Positions 33,421 to 40,727 of a DNA stretch of 42,243 nt are shown piece after piece (the stretch's first letter is position 1; every line of letters starts with the position of its first letter). The stretch lies in IMG/VR virus record IMGVR_UViG_3300009156_000013. One strand, given 5' to 3'. The stretch comes from a virus. A program made the position numbers and the translations under genes. A model generated the notes under the pieces. That model was not told the origin of the DNA. It worked only from the letters and a program-made list of their open reading frames with translations, and did not search any database.

Positions 33421-33905
33421 CGCAACGCCTCCTGCCAGCGCACGGATTCGTATTCCCCGCCATTGTCTGCGTACGTCACCGCCACTGCAAGCGCCTGCCA
33501 GACGTCCGCGGAGACGCCGTACAGTGGCCCAGGCGAGGCTTTCTTACCGATTGCCTTGTCCTTGCCCCCCCAGAGATCCAAGAGCGCCTGGCGTACGTGG
33601 CCGTCTTTGGCGCGTGCCTGGCCGCACAGGTGGAGCTTGACGTCCTTGCGGTACACGCGCGCATGCGGCTTGTCCCATGCTTGGATCACGCGGCCGATGA
33701 ACACGCAGGTCTCGAACACCTCGCGGCCCACCGGCATGCCGTACGACGCGATCATCTCGATGGCTAGGTAGTCGGCCACAGTGGCCCAATACGGCAGCCG
33801 ATCGAGCAAGACCTGGTTTTCGATCTTGCCGAATTCGGCGAGCTTGCCCGCTTCGTACAGCACGTACGCCGACTCTTCGTTGCCCGGATCAATCGCGAGG
33901 ATCAC
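33417..33905 (-). CDS. RuvC-like Holliday junction resolvase
   Basis: ILAIDPGNEESAY provides the first catalytic Asp, and the C-terminal VSADVWQALAVAV supplies the second acidic motif. GTG 33905 is in a GTGA overlap (GTG 33914 is an alternative start). Confidence 0.75.
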   Translation of the reverse strand: MILAIDPGNEESAYVLYEAGKLAEFGKIENQVLLDRLPYWATVADYLAIEMIASYGMPVGREVFETCVFIGRVIQAWDKPHARVYRKDVKLHLCGQARAKDGHVRQALLDLWGGKDKAIGKKASPGPLYGVSADVWQALAVAVTYADNGGEYESVRWQEALR

Positions 33906-34117
33906 CGTTGCCACCCTGTCCTGAGCTTGGCTTCGGCCTCAGCGCGACTTGCTCTCCAGTTGCCACCGCCGAGCGATGCGACGAGCGCTTGTCGTGCGAG
34001 CCGAACGTCGTCGAGATCCAGTCCACGCTGCGCGGCGAGTTCAGCCAAGGTTTCGCCGTTGCCAGAGGCGCAGAGCGCGAGCAGGTGAGCGGCGCGGAGA
34101 ACAGGGTTGTTGGTCAT
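33902..34117 (-). CDS. Hypothetical protein (71 aa)
   Basis: ATG 34117 in an ATGA overlap. Confidence 0.5.
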   Translation of the reverse strand: MTNNPVLRAAHLLALCASGNGETLAELAAQRGLDLDDVRLARQALVASLGGGNWRASRAEAEAKLRTGWQR

Positions 34118-34602
34118 TTGCCCCGCTTGACCTTTCGTTTCTTAGGTGGTGCAACCGCTGCAGCCTGTGGCGCGGTTTCAACGTCCGTCATCGCCTGGCG
34201 CGTCGACCCGAACGGGTCGGCCATGGTGTCATGCTCGGCCGATCGCTTGACCCGCCGCATCTCGATCACGTTGTCAACGGCAGGATCGTCCTCGACTACA
34301 ACCTCCTCGCCTACGTCGTCCGCGTTCTCGTCATGGCGATTCCAGCGTGGCGCCTTGAGCGTCTTCGCCTTCGGATCGCGTGCGACCACGATCTGTTTCT
34401 TCTTGCCCGACTTGGGACAGGTGAACGGGTAGACGTCGATCCCCGCGTTGCCCATGTGCAGGAGCAAGGTCTGGTGCCTGAGCTTGGTCCGCTCGGTGGC
34501 GTACTTCTGCTCGTCCTTGGACTCGAGCCACAGGTCGATCGCGCTCTCGATGTCCACGTTCTTGGGTGCTTCGGTGCCCGGTATCTCTTGCTGTTTACCC
34601 AC
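34114..34602 (-). CDS. Hypothetical protein (162 aa) with basic C-terminal tail
   Basis: GTG 34602 is preceded by GGAGAAAG. The track start 34734 adds Arg-rich noise. Ends in PPKKRKVKRGK. Confidence 0.5.
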   Translation of the reverse strand: MGKQQEIPGTEAPKNVDIESAIDLWLESKDEQKYATERTKLRHQTLLLHMGNAGIDVYPFTCPKSGKKKQIVVARDPKAKTLKAPRWNRHDENADDVGEEVVVEDDPAVDNVIEMRRVKRSAEHDTMADPFGSTRQAMTDVETAPQAAAVAPPKKRKVKRGK

Positions 34603-35296
34603 GGTGTTTCTTTCTCCAGGTGACGCACGCCTGCACCAGCGCTCTCGGAGCGTCTGCGGCGTGTCGGTAGTACAAGGCATGCGCGATCGCGTTCGAGCTC
34701 GGCGCGATGCCCGGTGGTGACTCGAAATTGACACGACGGCCGCGCGGCACAGCTACCAGCTCTGCGGCGTCGTAGATCTGCGCAAACCAGTCGGTGCTCG
34801 GGTCGAAGCGCAAGAGGAAGCACCACCTCGTGTGCTTGTAGGCGTCAAACCAGCGTTGCACCGAGCCACGTGCGTACGGTGGGTTGATGAACACATGCGT
34901 CGCCCACCACGACTGCGCCGTGTGGCACCCGATGATCTTCTGCACGCTGCTGAGGTCGAGTCCGTTGTGCCCGTGCTCAAGCGATAAGCGATGCTCGGCG
35001 AGCACGTGACTCCGCGGATTGCTGCATGGATCCAGGTCGACTGGCCCGATCAGTTCGGCCAGCCATTTCGGCGTGCACCAGTTGCCACGGTTCGGGTCGT
35101 TCGTGTTGCCGCGGACGTTGACCGTTTGGGTACTTTCCCCAGGTACTTTCCCGACTGCTCCGGTACTTTCCCGATCTACCGGTACTAGGTACTTTCCCGA
35201 AGTAGTCTCCCCTAAAGGGGAGAGTAGACTACTTTCGGGTATTTTCCCTGTTTGGGAGTGGTACCGGGAAAGTACCGGAGTCGTACTGCGTTTCAT
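34595..35296 (-). CDS. Phage Dam-type DNA N6-adenine methyltransferase with repeat-encoded N-terminal extension
   Basis: Carries NWCTPKWLAELIGPVDLDPCS and VFINPPYARG (the NPPY catalytic motif). ATG 35296 (ATGA overlap with the helicase stop) is the only in-frame ATG/GTG/TTG upstream of the conserved domain. Confidence 0.8.
   Translation of the reverse strand: MKRSTTPVLSRYHSQTGKIPESSLLSPLGETTSGKYLVPVDRESTGAVGKVPGESTQTVNVRGNTNDPNRGNWCTPKWLAELIGPVDLDPCSNPRSHVLAEHRLSLEHGHNGLDLSSVQKIIGCHTAQSWWATHVFINPPYARGSVQRWFDAYKHTRWCFLLRFDPSTDWFAQIYDAAELVAVPRGRRVNFESPPGIAPSSNAIAHALYYRHAADAPRALVQACVTWRKKHRG
35129..35276. repeat. Iteron-like array plus imperfect palindrome (candidate replication origin or regulator-binding array)
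   Basis: GGTACTTTCCC occurs at 35129, 35142, 35162 and 35188. A variant, GGTATTTTCCC, is at 35238 and an inverted copy, GGGAAAGTACC, at 35266. An imperfect palindrome spans 35196-35239, with core TCTCCCC-TAAA-GGGGAGA at 35206-35223. Confidence 0.6.
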
Positions 35297-36543
35297 GGCC
35301 CCCCCGCAAACAGATCAGACTGGCGCGTATGAATACCCTTCGCGGACGCCTGATCGGGTGTCCATATCAGGTAGTGACGGGACCCTTTCTGTTTGATATT
35401 GACCTCGATCAAATCGCTCCTGCTGATGAGCGCATTGAGCGCCGCAACCTTGGTGGTTGTCCTACCCGTGATTGAATCGGTGAGTTGTTTGCGGGGCACT
35501 GGTGCAATCGCCTGCCTAGCAGCCTGCAGGAGCGCCAGTTCGGCCGTGGTGCGCGCTTTGGTCTCCTTCTCAGCCTCTCGTGACTCGCGTACAACGTCGG
35601 CGGTCTTGGCATCTCCTGCGACGCGCCACAGGCCACTACGCCCCCAGTACGTCATGGGCCACACCCGATCCCCCTTGTTCATGCGTGCCTTGCCGACAGA
35701 GAGCTCTACTGCGCACGACCCGTCTTCTCGCTCCGCCGCGAGCCCGATGGAGAGAGTGAACGTCGCGAATCGCTCGATGGCTGCGGACTCGGCGCCCAGA
35801 TCAGAGCTCTCGGCCCCCACAGCTTCGCCCTTGCGTGCCTTCTGCGCGCTCGCTCTCGACATCTGTGAGAGAGCGATCGCAACGAAGCGTTTTTCTCGTG
35901 CGCAGTCATCGATTTGCGCGAATGCGTCGGTCACGCGCATGCGCGCGTCTCGCTCTTTGCTCTCGATGAGTTGCGCGTAGTCGATCGCCACGAGAATCGG
36001 TTGGCCCGGATACTCCGCGCGTGCAGCGTCGACGCACTTCTCGAGGTTGGCGAGCGTCGCGCGCCGCCGGTCGAGCACGTAGAGCCGCGGCAGATCGAGC
36101 ACGCGCGTCATGTCCTCTTCGGGCACCTGGCCGCGGAGGGCATCTTCCCATGACGCGTCGCACTTGATGCCGACGATGCGCGCGCCCGCCTCCTCCTCGG
36201 GGAGTTCGATCGACAGCGCGATCGCGGGGCCGAAGTCTCGGGCGTGTTCGGCAAGCATGCACAGCGTCAGCGATGACTTTCCCGACCCAGATCCACCGAT
36301 GATGACGACGGTCCCGCCTGCTCGTACTCGCGCCAGCGTCTCGCCGCCCAGCCGCAGATCGATCCACGGATCCTTGGCACGCGAAAGAATGGCGGCTACG
36401 AGTTGCGGAGCACGCTTCCACAACGGCGCGGCAGGTTCCGATCTGCGCGCCCGCTCGATGTCGATCACCTCGGCCTCGAGCTTGTCGGCCGTGAATTCGT
36501 CGTCCTCTTCGCTCACCCGCATGGCCTCCATCCGAGCCTCCAT
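35293..36543 (-). CDS. Replicative helicase, DnaB C-terminal/RecA-fold ATPase
   Basis: Walker A GGSGSGKSS and Walker B ILVAIDYAQLI. The start is ambiguous (ATG 36543, 36531 or 36522), and the gene overlaps the primase 3' end. Confidence 0.75.
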   Translation of the reverse strand: MEARMEAMRVSEEDDEFTADKLEAEVIDIERARRSEPAAPLWKRAPQLVAAILSRAKDPWIDLRLGGETLARVRAGGTVVIIGGSGSGKSSLTLCMLAEHARDFGPAIALSIELPEEEAGARIVGIKCDASWEDALRGQVPEEDMTRVLDLPRLYVLDRRRATLANLEKCVDAARAEYPGQPILVAIDYAQLIESKERDARMRVTDAFAQIDDCAREKRFVAIALSQMSRASAQKARKGEAVGAESSDLGAESAAIERFATFTLSIGLAAEREDGSCAVELSVGKARMNKGDRVWPMTYWGRSGLWRVAGDAKTADVVRESREAEKETKARTTAELALLQAARQAIAPVPRKQLTDSITGRTTTKVAALNALISRSDLIEVNIKQKGSRHYLIWTPDQASAKGIHTRQSDLFAGGP

Positions 36544-37499
36544 GCATCGTTCAGATCCTTGGCCCCGGTCTTGACGATCGAGAGCGACCCAGACGAGAGC
36601 GAAAGCCCCGCACCGTGTGCTTGCGCGACCGCCTCTCGCGCTCGCTGATAGCCAGCGCGGTCTTGGTGCGGTACCAGCAGCATGCGCCCCCTAGCCCGGG
36701 CGATCTGCGGTGCTGCTACCTGCACGACCTTGGGCAAGTTGCCGGCCCCATGTGCGCCCAGAACGACCGCCTTCTGCCACGCCAGCATGGCTGTGATCGC
36801 GTCAAAGATCCCCTCGGTGATGACGACATCAACACCGTCTTCGATGTCGGTCACCGAATGGCCGAGCGTGCCCGCGGTCGGGCAACCGGGCAGCCCGGGC
36901 GTCTTTGGTTCGCCGAGTTCGGGCAGCCTACGGCAGACGACGTTGCGGATCTGACCGTCTCGGTCGCGCAGCGGCAGCGACGGAGACCCATCCTGTGACG
37001 GATCGAAGCGCACGACTTCGACGCCCGCGCAGCCCCTCTCGTGGAGATATTCCTCGCCTCGGCCGTGACGCTCGAGTAGGCCGCCCCAGTGATGGGTCGC
37101 GCGCGGAACAGCTTCCCGGTCGCGCGCTGCCTTCTCGGCTCGGTCTCGCGCCTCAGCCGCTTCTCGGTCCTTGCGACGGCGATCGCGCTCGCTGGGATCG
37201 ATCTCGCCTAACACGCCCGCGATCGCTGCTGCCTTCTCGAGCACGCGTGCGAAATCCGTTTCGATGCGTAGCCGCTCCTGGTGCGCGATGAAATCGAACA
37301 GGTCGCCGCTCGTCCCGCACGGGAAGCACTGCCATCGTCCAGTCTTGGCGTTGATCACGAACGCGCGGCGACTGTGATCCGAGCGCTGCGGGCATGCCGA
37401 CGATTCGTACTCGGAGCCCGAGCGCTTCGCTGTCCACCCATAGAGATCGAGCACGGTCGTCGTGGTGAGCGATGCGCGGACGTCCTCGACGGAAATCAT
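36513..37499 (-). CDS. DNA primase (CHC2 zinc finger plus Toprim)
   Basis: ACPQRSDHSRRAFVINAKTGRWQCFPCG is the CHC2 finger, and VVITEGIFDAITAM is the Toprim E-G..D motif. ATG 37499 is in an ATGA overlap. Confidence 0.8.
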   Translation of the reverse strand: MISVEDVRASLTTTTVLDLYGWTAKRSGSEYESSACPQRSDHSRRAFVINAKTGRWQCFPCGTSGDLFDFIAHQERLRIETDFARVLEKAAAIAGVLGEIDPSERDRRRKDREAAEARDRAEKAARDREAVPRATHHWGGLLERHGRGEEYLHERGCAGVEVVRFDPSQDGSPSLPLRDRDGQIRNVVCRRLPELGEPKTPGLPGCPTAGTLGHSVTDIEDGVDVVITEGIFDAITAMLAWQKAVVLGAHGAGNLPKVVQVAAPQIARARGRMLLVPHQDRAGYQRAREAVAQAHGAGLSLSSGSLSIVKTGAKDLNDAWRLGWRPCG

Positions 37500-37921
37500 G
37501 GAACGTCCGTTTCCGGATCGAACATCCAACAACCACACGAGTCCTTGCCGTCGCAGGGTGCTTGTTCGTCGTTGGCTACAATGACGCGGTGGATGTTCTC
37601 GCACAGCGCATTGATCGTTTCGACGACTTCTCTCTCGCATTTGTCGGGGCGAGCAAAGATGTCAGTCGACGAGAGCCGAATGGTCGGAATGCCGGCACGG
37701 AGAAAATAGCGGTCACGTCGTCGATCGTGGTCTGCCTGCTTGTCAGTGCGATCGTGGTACGTATGTCCGTCGCACTCGACGACAACCGCAACGCCAAACT
37801 TTGGTACCTCGATCCAAAAATCCGCGATGTAGGGACCGAACCGGCATTGCTGTACGACGTTCCACCCGAAGTCATGGAATACGCGAAATCGCTCCTCCAT
37901 GATCTTCTCGATCGGTGACAT
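37496..37921 (-). CDS. Vsr/DUF559-like restriction-endonuclease-fold nuclease
   Basis: VVVECDGHTYHDRTDKQADHDRRRDRYFLRAGIPTIRL matches the DUF559 pattern. ATG 37921 in a TGATG overlap. Confidence 0.65.
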   Translation of the reverse strand: MSPIEKIMEERFRVFHDFGWNVVQQCRFGPYIADFWIEVPKFGVAVVVECDGHTYHDRTDKQADHDRRRDRYFLRAGIPTIRLSSTDIFARPDKCEREVVETINALCENIHRVIVANDEQAPCDGKDSCGCWMFDPETDVP

Positions 37922-38265
37922 CACGCCCTCCCCGCCTCCATCACCCTCACCCTTGCCGTCCCCGCCGCAATCACCCCGCACGTCAGCTGCACACGCACGC
38001 GCCCGTCCTGCGCCACCTCGACCACCCGCGCCGTTGCCGTCTCTTCAATCGTCGGCCCGCACACGACGAGCCGATCGCCTGGGTTGCTCCACAGCCTGGC
38101 GCCAGGCTCGTAGACTTCGCTGACGCGCGCCCCGTCGGCGTCCGTCCGCGTCACGTGCGCGCCGCGCGCGACGAGCCACAGTTCACCGCCGTCGACGGTG
38201 GCGCGTGCGTCGTAGAGCTTGCGCGAGCGCAGGCGGCGAGATGGCTTGCGAGTGGAGCTCGGCAT
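37921..38265 (-). CDS. Hypothetical protein (114 aa)
   Basis: ATG 38265 in a TAATG overlap with the RHH stop. Confidence 0.5.
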   Translation of the reverse strand: MPSSTRKPSRRLRSRKLYDARATVDGGELWLVARGAHVTRTDADGARVSEVYEPGARLWSNPGDRLVVCGPTIEETATARVVEVAQDGRVRVQLTCGVIAAGTARVRVMEAGRA

Positions 38266-38420
38266 TAGTTTTTCCTCAACTCCTCGTCGAGCCAGCGATT
38301 CAAGATCCCGTCGAGTAACGTCTCGGCCTGCTCACCTTGCTGCCGCGCAGCCTCACGCAGGCGCTCGGCGAGCGACGCACGGACGCGGAGCTGCACGCGC
38401 TTGGCCGGTGAGCGCGTCAC
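38265..38420 (-). CDS. Ribbon-helix-helix protein (51 aa)
   Basis: Not in the ORF track. My own translation is VTRSPAKRVQLRVRASLAERLREAARQQGEQAETLLDGILNRWLDEELRKN. GTG 38420 in a GTGA overlap. Confidence 0.55.
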   Translation of the reverse strand: MTRSPAKRVQLRVRASLAERLREAARQQGEQAETLLDGILNRWLDEELRKN

Positions 38421-38656
38421 GATTCACCGCCGTAATCGAATAGCTCATGCGCGGAAGGCCAGTCCTGCGGCAGCCCCGTCAGCTCCGCCTTGAGCCGCAG
38501 ATCAATCGGCTCCGCCTCGGCGAGCTCGCGCAACCCACGCAGCACCCGGAGCACGTGATCGGCGTGAGCGTTCCAGCCCGCCACGAATCGATTATCCGGC
38601 CACTCGTCGGCGTTGAACCGATCGCGCCGCACGGTGTCGAGGAGGGAGTCGATCAT
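38417..38656 (-). CDS. Hypothetical protein (79 aa)
   Basis: ATG 38656 (MIDSLLDTV...). The upstream part of track ORF 38417..38812 is Arg/Ser-rich noise. Confidence 0.5.
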   Translation of the reverse strand: MIDSLLDTVRRDRFNADEWPDNRFVAGWNAHADHVLRVLRGLRELAEAEPIDLRLKAELTGLPQDWPSAHELFDYGGES

Positions 38657-38670
38657 GATACCGTCGAGGG

Positions 38671-38967
38671 ATGTGGAAAATTGTCTTGGTGGTGAGTGCA
38701 ACGATTTGCTGCGGCGGAGACGATCCGCCGCCGAGCTGCTTTCAGGCGATAAGCGCCTACTACGACCACGGCTGTGCGTTCGTAGACCTGACAACCGGCC
38801 AACCAGTCCCACAGCAGCAGGCGACCGCCGACTGCCAGTCGTCCGCGAGTGGGCTCACGCCTGCATGCGAGGCTGCCCTCGACGATTTTCTCATCTGCCT
38901 GAGCAACGTCACCCCCGCACAGCAATGCGACTGCACGCGAGAGCAGATGGACTTGATCCAGTGCTAG
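38671..38967 (+). CDS. Secreted cysteine-rich small protein (98 aa, 10 Cys), opposite in orientation to its neighbours
   Basis: MWKIVLVVSATICCGGDD is a signal-peptide-like N-terminus. Third codon positions are mostly G/C, as in confident genes. The codon-aligned antisense ORF 38653..38976 is the competing call. Confidence 0.55.
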   Translation: MWKIVLVVSATICCGGDDPPPSCFQAISAYYDHGCAFVDLTTGQPVPQQQATADCQSSASGLTPACEAALDDFLICLSNVTPAQQCDCTREQMDLIQC

Positions 38968-38972
38968 TAGCG

Positions 38973-39197
38973 TCACGCCGCCTCTTGAAACAGCGCGTCG
39001 ATCGTCACGCCGAGGGCATCGGCAACCACCGGCAGTCTCGATCCCTTGGGTGCCGACATCCCGTTCTCCCAGTGGGACACCGCGGTCTCGTCAACGCCGC
39101 ATTTCAACGCCAGCGCGCGCTGACTGAGGCCAGCCTCATTACGTAGCTGCGCAATGCGCGCGTGAATCCCTCTTAACTTTTTGCGCTTGCCAGCCAC
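38973..39197 (-). CDS. XRE-family HTH regulator (Cro/CI-type) heading the leftward unit
   Basis: IAQLRNEAGLSQRALALKCGVDETAVSHWENG is a classic HTH_3 sequence. I chose GTG 39197. ATG 39284 would overlap the divergent gene. Confidence 0.75.
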   Translation of the reverse strand: MAGKRKKLRGIHARIAQLRNEAGLSQRALALKCGVDETAVSHWENGMSAPKGSRLPVVADALGVTIDALFQEAA

Positions 39198-39216
39198 ACC
39201 ACAACAGGTGACATTT

Positions 39217-39263
39217 TCTCTACCGACAGTCAACGGGAGAGAGAGCAAATCTCTACCAGTAGA
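39217..39263. promoter_or_regulatory. Candidate operators in the divergent switch region
   Basis: TCTCTACC is repeated at 39217 and 39250, 33 bp apart. The second copy is part of the palindrome TCTAC-CA-GTAGA (39252-39263), which ends 1 nt before ATG 39265. Confidence 0.35.
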
Positions 39264-39282
39264 AATGTTATCGCCTACTTCC

Positions 39283-39669
39283 ATGGGTGACGCCCGACAT
39301 CCGAAGCCCTACAACGAGGGGCCCAGGAAGCAGATGACCCCGGCGTGGAAGCTCAGGGTCATCGACCGGCTTGCCGAAAATGCCGACAAGGACATCGAGC
39401 CGAGAAACCTTGCCGAGCTCGCGCGGATGCTCGGCGCTGACAAGCGTGGCATCTATGTCACGTTCGACCTTGAGACGGACAAGCCACAGACTTCCAGCTC
39501 TTACGTTGATGCCATATGCGAGATCCTCTCTATCGACGAGCCGCTGCAAGAAGCTGCGGCAGTTGACGAGCTCGAACACGAAATGGCTAAGCTTCGGTCA
39601 CTTACGATCGACCAGCAGCGGGCATGGGTCGACATCATCCGTGCAATTCGCGTTTCCAGATCAGAGTAG
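39283..39669 (+). CDS. HTH-containing regulator candidate heading the rightward unit (start uncertain)
   Basis: PRNLAELARMLGADKRGIYVTF is HTH-like. Possible starts are ATG 39265, 39283 and 39334. Confidence 0.5.
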   Translation: MGDARHPKPYNEGPRKQMTPAWKLRVIDRLAENADKDIEPRNLAELARMLGADKRGIYVTFDLETDKPQTSSSYVDAICEILSIDEPLQEAAAVDELEHEMAKLRSLTIDQQRAWVDIIRAIRVSRSE

Positions 39670-39690
39670 TTCGGTATATGTGCTGAACAC

Positions 39691-39852
39691 ATGGTTCAGC
39701 CCAACATCACCGAGACCCTAGTCGCGTTAATGCGACAATTGCGTCTCGATGATCCCGAGGTGTACCAGGCCATCATGGTGCTGGTGTCACGCCAATTGGA
39801 TCGTCGAGTAGAGAAAAAATCAACCGAGGTATTGACGGAGGATTGCGGGTAG
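39691..39852 (+). CDS. Hypothetical small protein (53 aa)
   Basis: Not in the ORF track. My own translation is MVQPNITETLVALMRQLRLDDPEVYQAIMVLVSRQLDRRVEKKSTEVLTEDCG. Lower GC than the surroundings. Confidence 0.35.
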   Translation: MVQPNITETLVALMRQLRLDDPEVYQAIMVLVSRQLDRRVEKKSTEVLTEDCG

Positions 39853-39865
39853 ATTAATTATCTAC
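39832..39865 (+). promoter_or_regulatory. Candidate sigma70-type promoter with overlapping palindromic operator
   Basis: TTGACG (39832-39837), an 18-nt spacer, then AATTAT (39856-39861). The palindrome GTAGAT-TAATT-ATCTAC (39849-39865) ends 2 nt before ATG 39868, so the mRNA would be leaderless. Confidence 0.35.
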
Positions 39866-39867
39866 TC

Positions 39868-40065
39868 ATGCCCTCTCGCTTCGACCCGGACGACTTCGAC
39901 CGCTCTTACGACCGCTCTCTCGAAAGAGAGCCCACCTACGGCGCCCGCCCTCTACCCCGCCTAGACCCGCGCGGCACGGTCAAGCAGCGCTTCGCCCCTG
40001 ACGCGCCCGCTGCCGACCTGCAGATCACGATGCCGTGGGAGCGGCGGATGGACGGTGCGTCGTGA
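39868..40065 (+). CDS. Hypothetical protein (65 aa)
   Basis: ATG 39868. Stop in a GTGA overlap. Confidence 0.5.
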   Translation: MPSRFDPDDFDRSYDRSLEREPTYGARPLPRLDPRGTVKQRFAPDAPAADLQITMPWERRMDGAS

Positions 40066-40238
40066 CCGGCGTCTGTGCTCAGGAAGTGCACGAGGCGATC
40101 AAGGCCGACCCAGCCAAATGGTCCGCGCTGCCACTGCGCGGCCACATGCCGACCGAGGACGACGCTGGCAACCCGCTCGTGCTCGAGCTCCGCAATTGCT
40201 CGTGCCACTCGACCTTGGCGATCGAGGTCGCGCCGTGA
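40062..40238 (+). CDS. Hypothetical protein (58 aa)
   Basis: GTG 40062 and the stop both lie in GTGA overlaps. Confidence 0.45.
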   Translation: MTGVCAQEVHEAIKADPAKWSALPLRGHMPTEDDAGNPLVLELRNCSCHSTLAIEVAP

Positions 40239-40441
40239 CCTACTCCATCCAGTACGACCGCGAGACGGTCTGCGGCGAGCCCGGCTACTCGTACCGCGTG
40301 TTCGCTAGCTCCGATCTGATCGCCGAGGGGTGGTCTCGTGGCTCGCGACGTGACGCCGAGGTTACTGCCAAGGCATCGATCCGCGCGTACGAGGAACTGC
40401 TTGGCCTGGCGGCGAAAGCGCACCCCGAGGCGTTCTCGTGA
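40235..40441 (+). CDS. Hypothetical protein (68 aa)
   Basis: GTG 40235 and the stop both lie in GTGA overlaps. Confidence 0.45.
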   Translation: MTYSIQYDRETVCGEPGYSYRVFASSDLIAEGWSRGSRRDAEVTAKASIRAYEELLGLAAKAHPEAFS

Positions 40442-40536
40442 CCTTCGATTCCTACTGGTCCTTCTGCCGCCTGTGGCTACGTCTGGGCTTCTACGAGTGG
40501 ATGCGAACCGCGTGGATAAGGAGTGTGGAACCATGA
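40438..40536 (+). CDS. Possible micro-ORF (32 aa, aromatic/hydrophobic)
   Basis: GTG 40438 in a GTGA overlap and the stop in an ATGA overlap. Translation: VTFDSYWSFCRLWLRLGFYEWMRTAWIRSVEP. Supported only by the coupling pattern. Confidence 0.3.
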   Translation: MTFDSYWSFCRLWLRLGFYEWMRTAWIRSVEP

Positions 40537-40727
40537 CCCGTCACCACCACCGCGATCGCCTGCTCAAAGCCCTCTACGACGCCAGCGCCTCACTCGACCT
40601 GGCGCGGCACTACGCGTCGCACGATCCGTTGCTCGCCGAGCGGATTCGGCAGATCGCCCTTGAGGTTCTCGAGGCGATCGGACGAGTCGCGACGGGGAAG
40701 GCGACGAAGGTTGAGGTGATTTCGTGA
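40533..40727 (+). CDS. Hypothetical helical protein (64 aa)
   Basis: ATG 40533 preceded by AAGGAG. Confidence 0.5.
   Translation: MTRHHHRDRLLKALYDASASLDLARHYASHDPLLAERIRQIALEVLEAIGRVATGKATKVEVIS

Noticed and set aside
38653-38976. A minus-strand 107-aa ORF flanked by GTGA and ATGA overlaps, co-directional with the operon.
   Set aside because: It is not fully rejected. Its third codon positions are much less G/C-biased than in confident genes, and its sequence is Ala/Arg/Leu/Val-rich. The codon-aligned opposite frame has gene-like codon bias and a signal peptide. The flanking overlaps can arise by chance from a G before TGA and an A after ATG. RNA-seq is needed to settle it.
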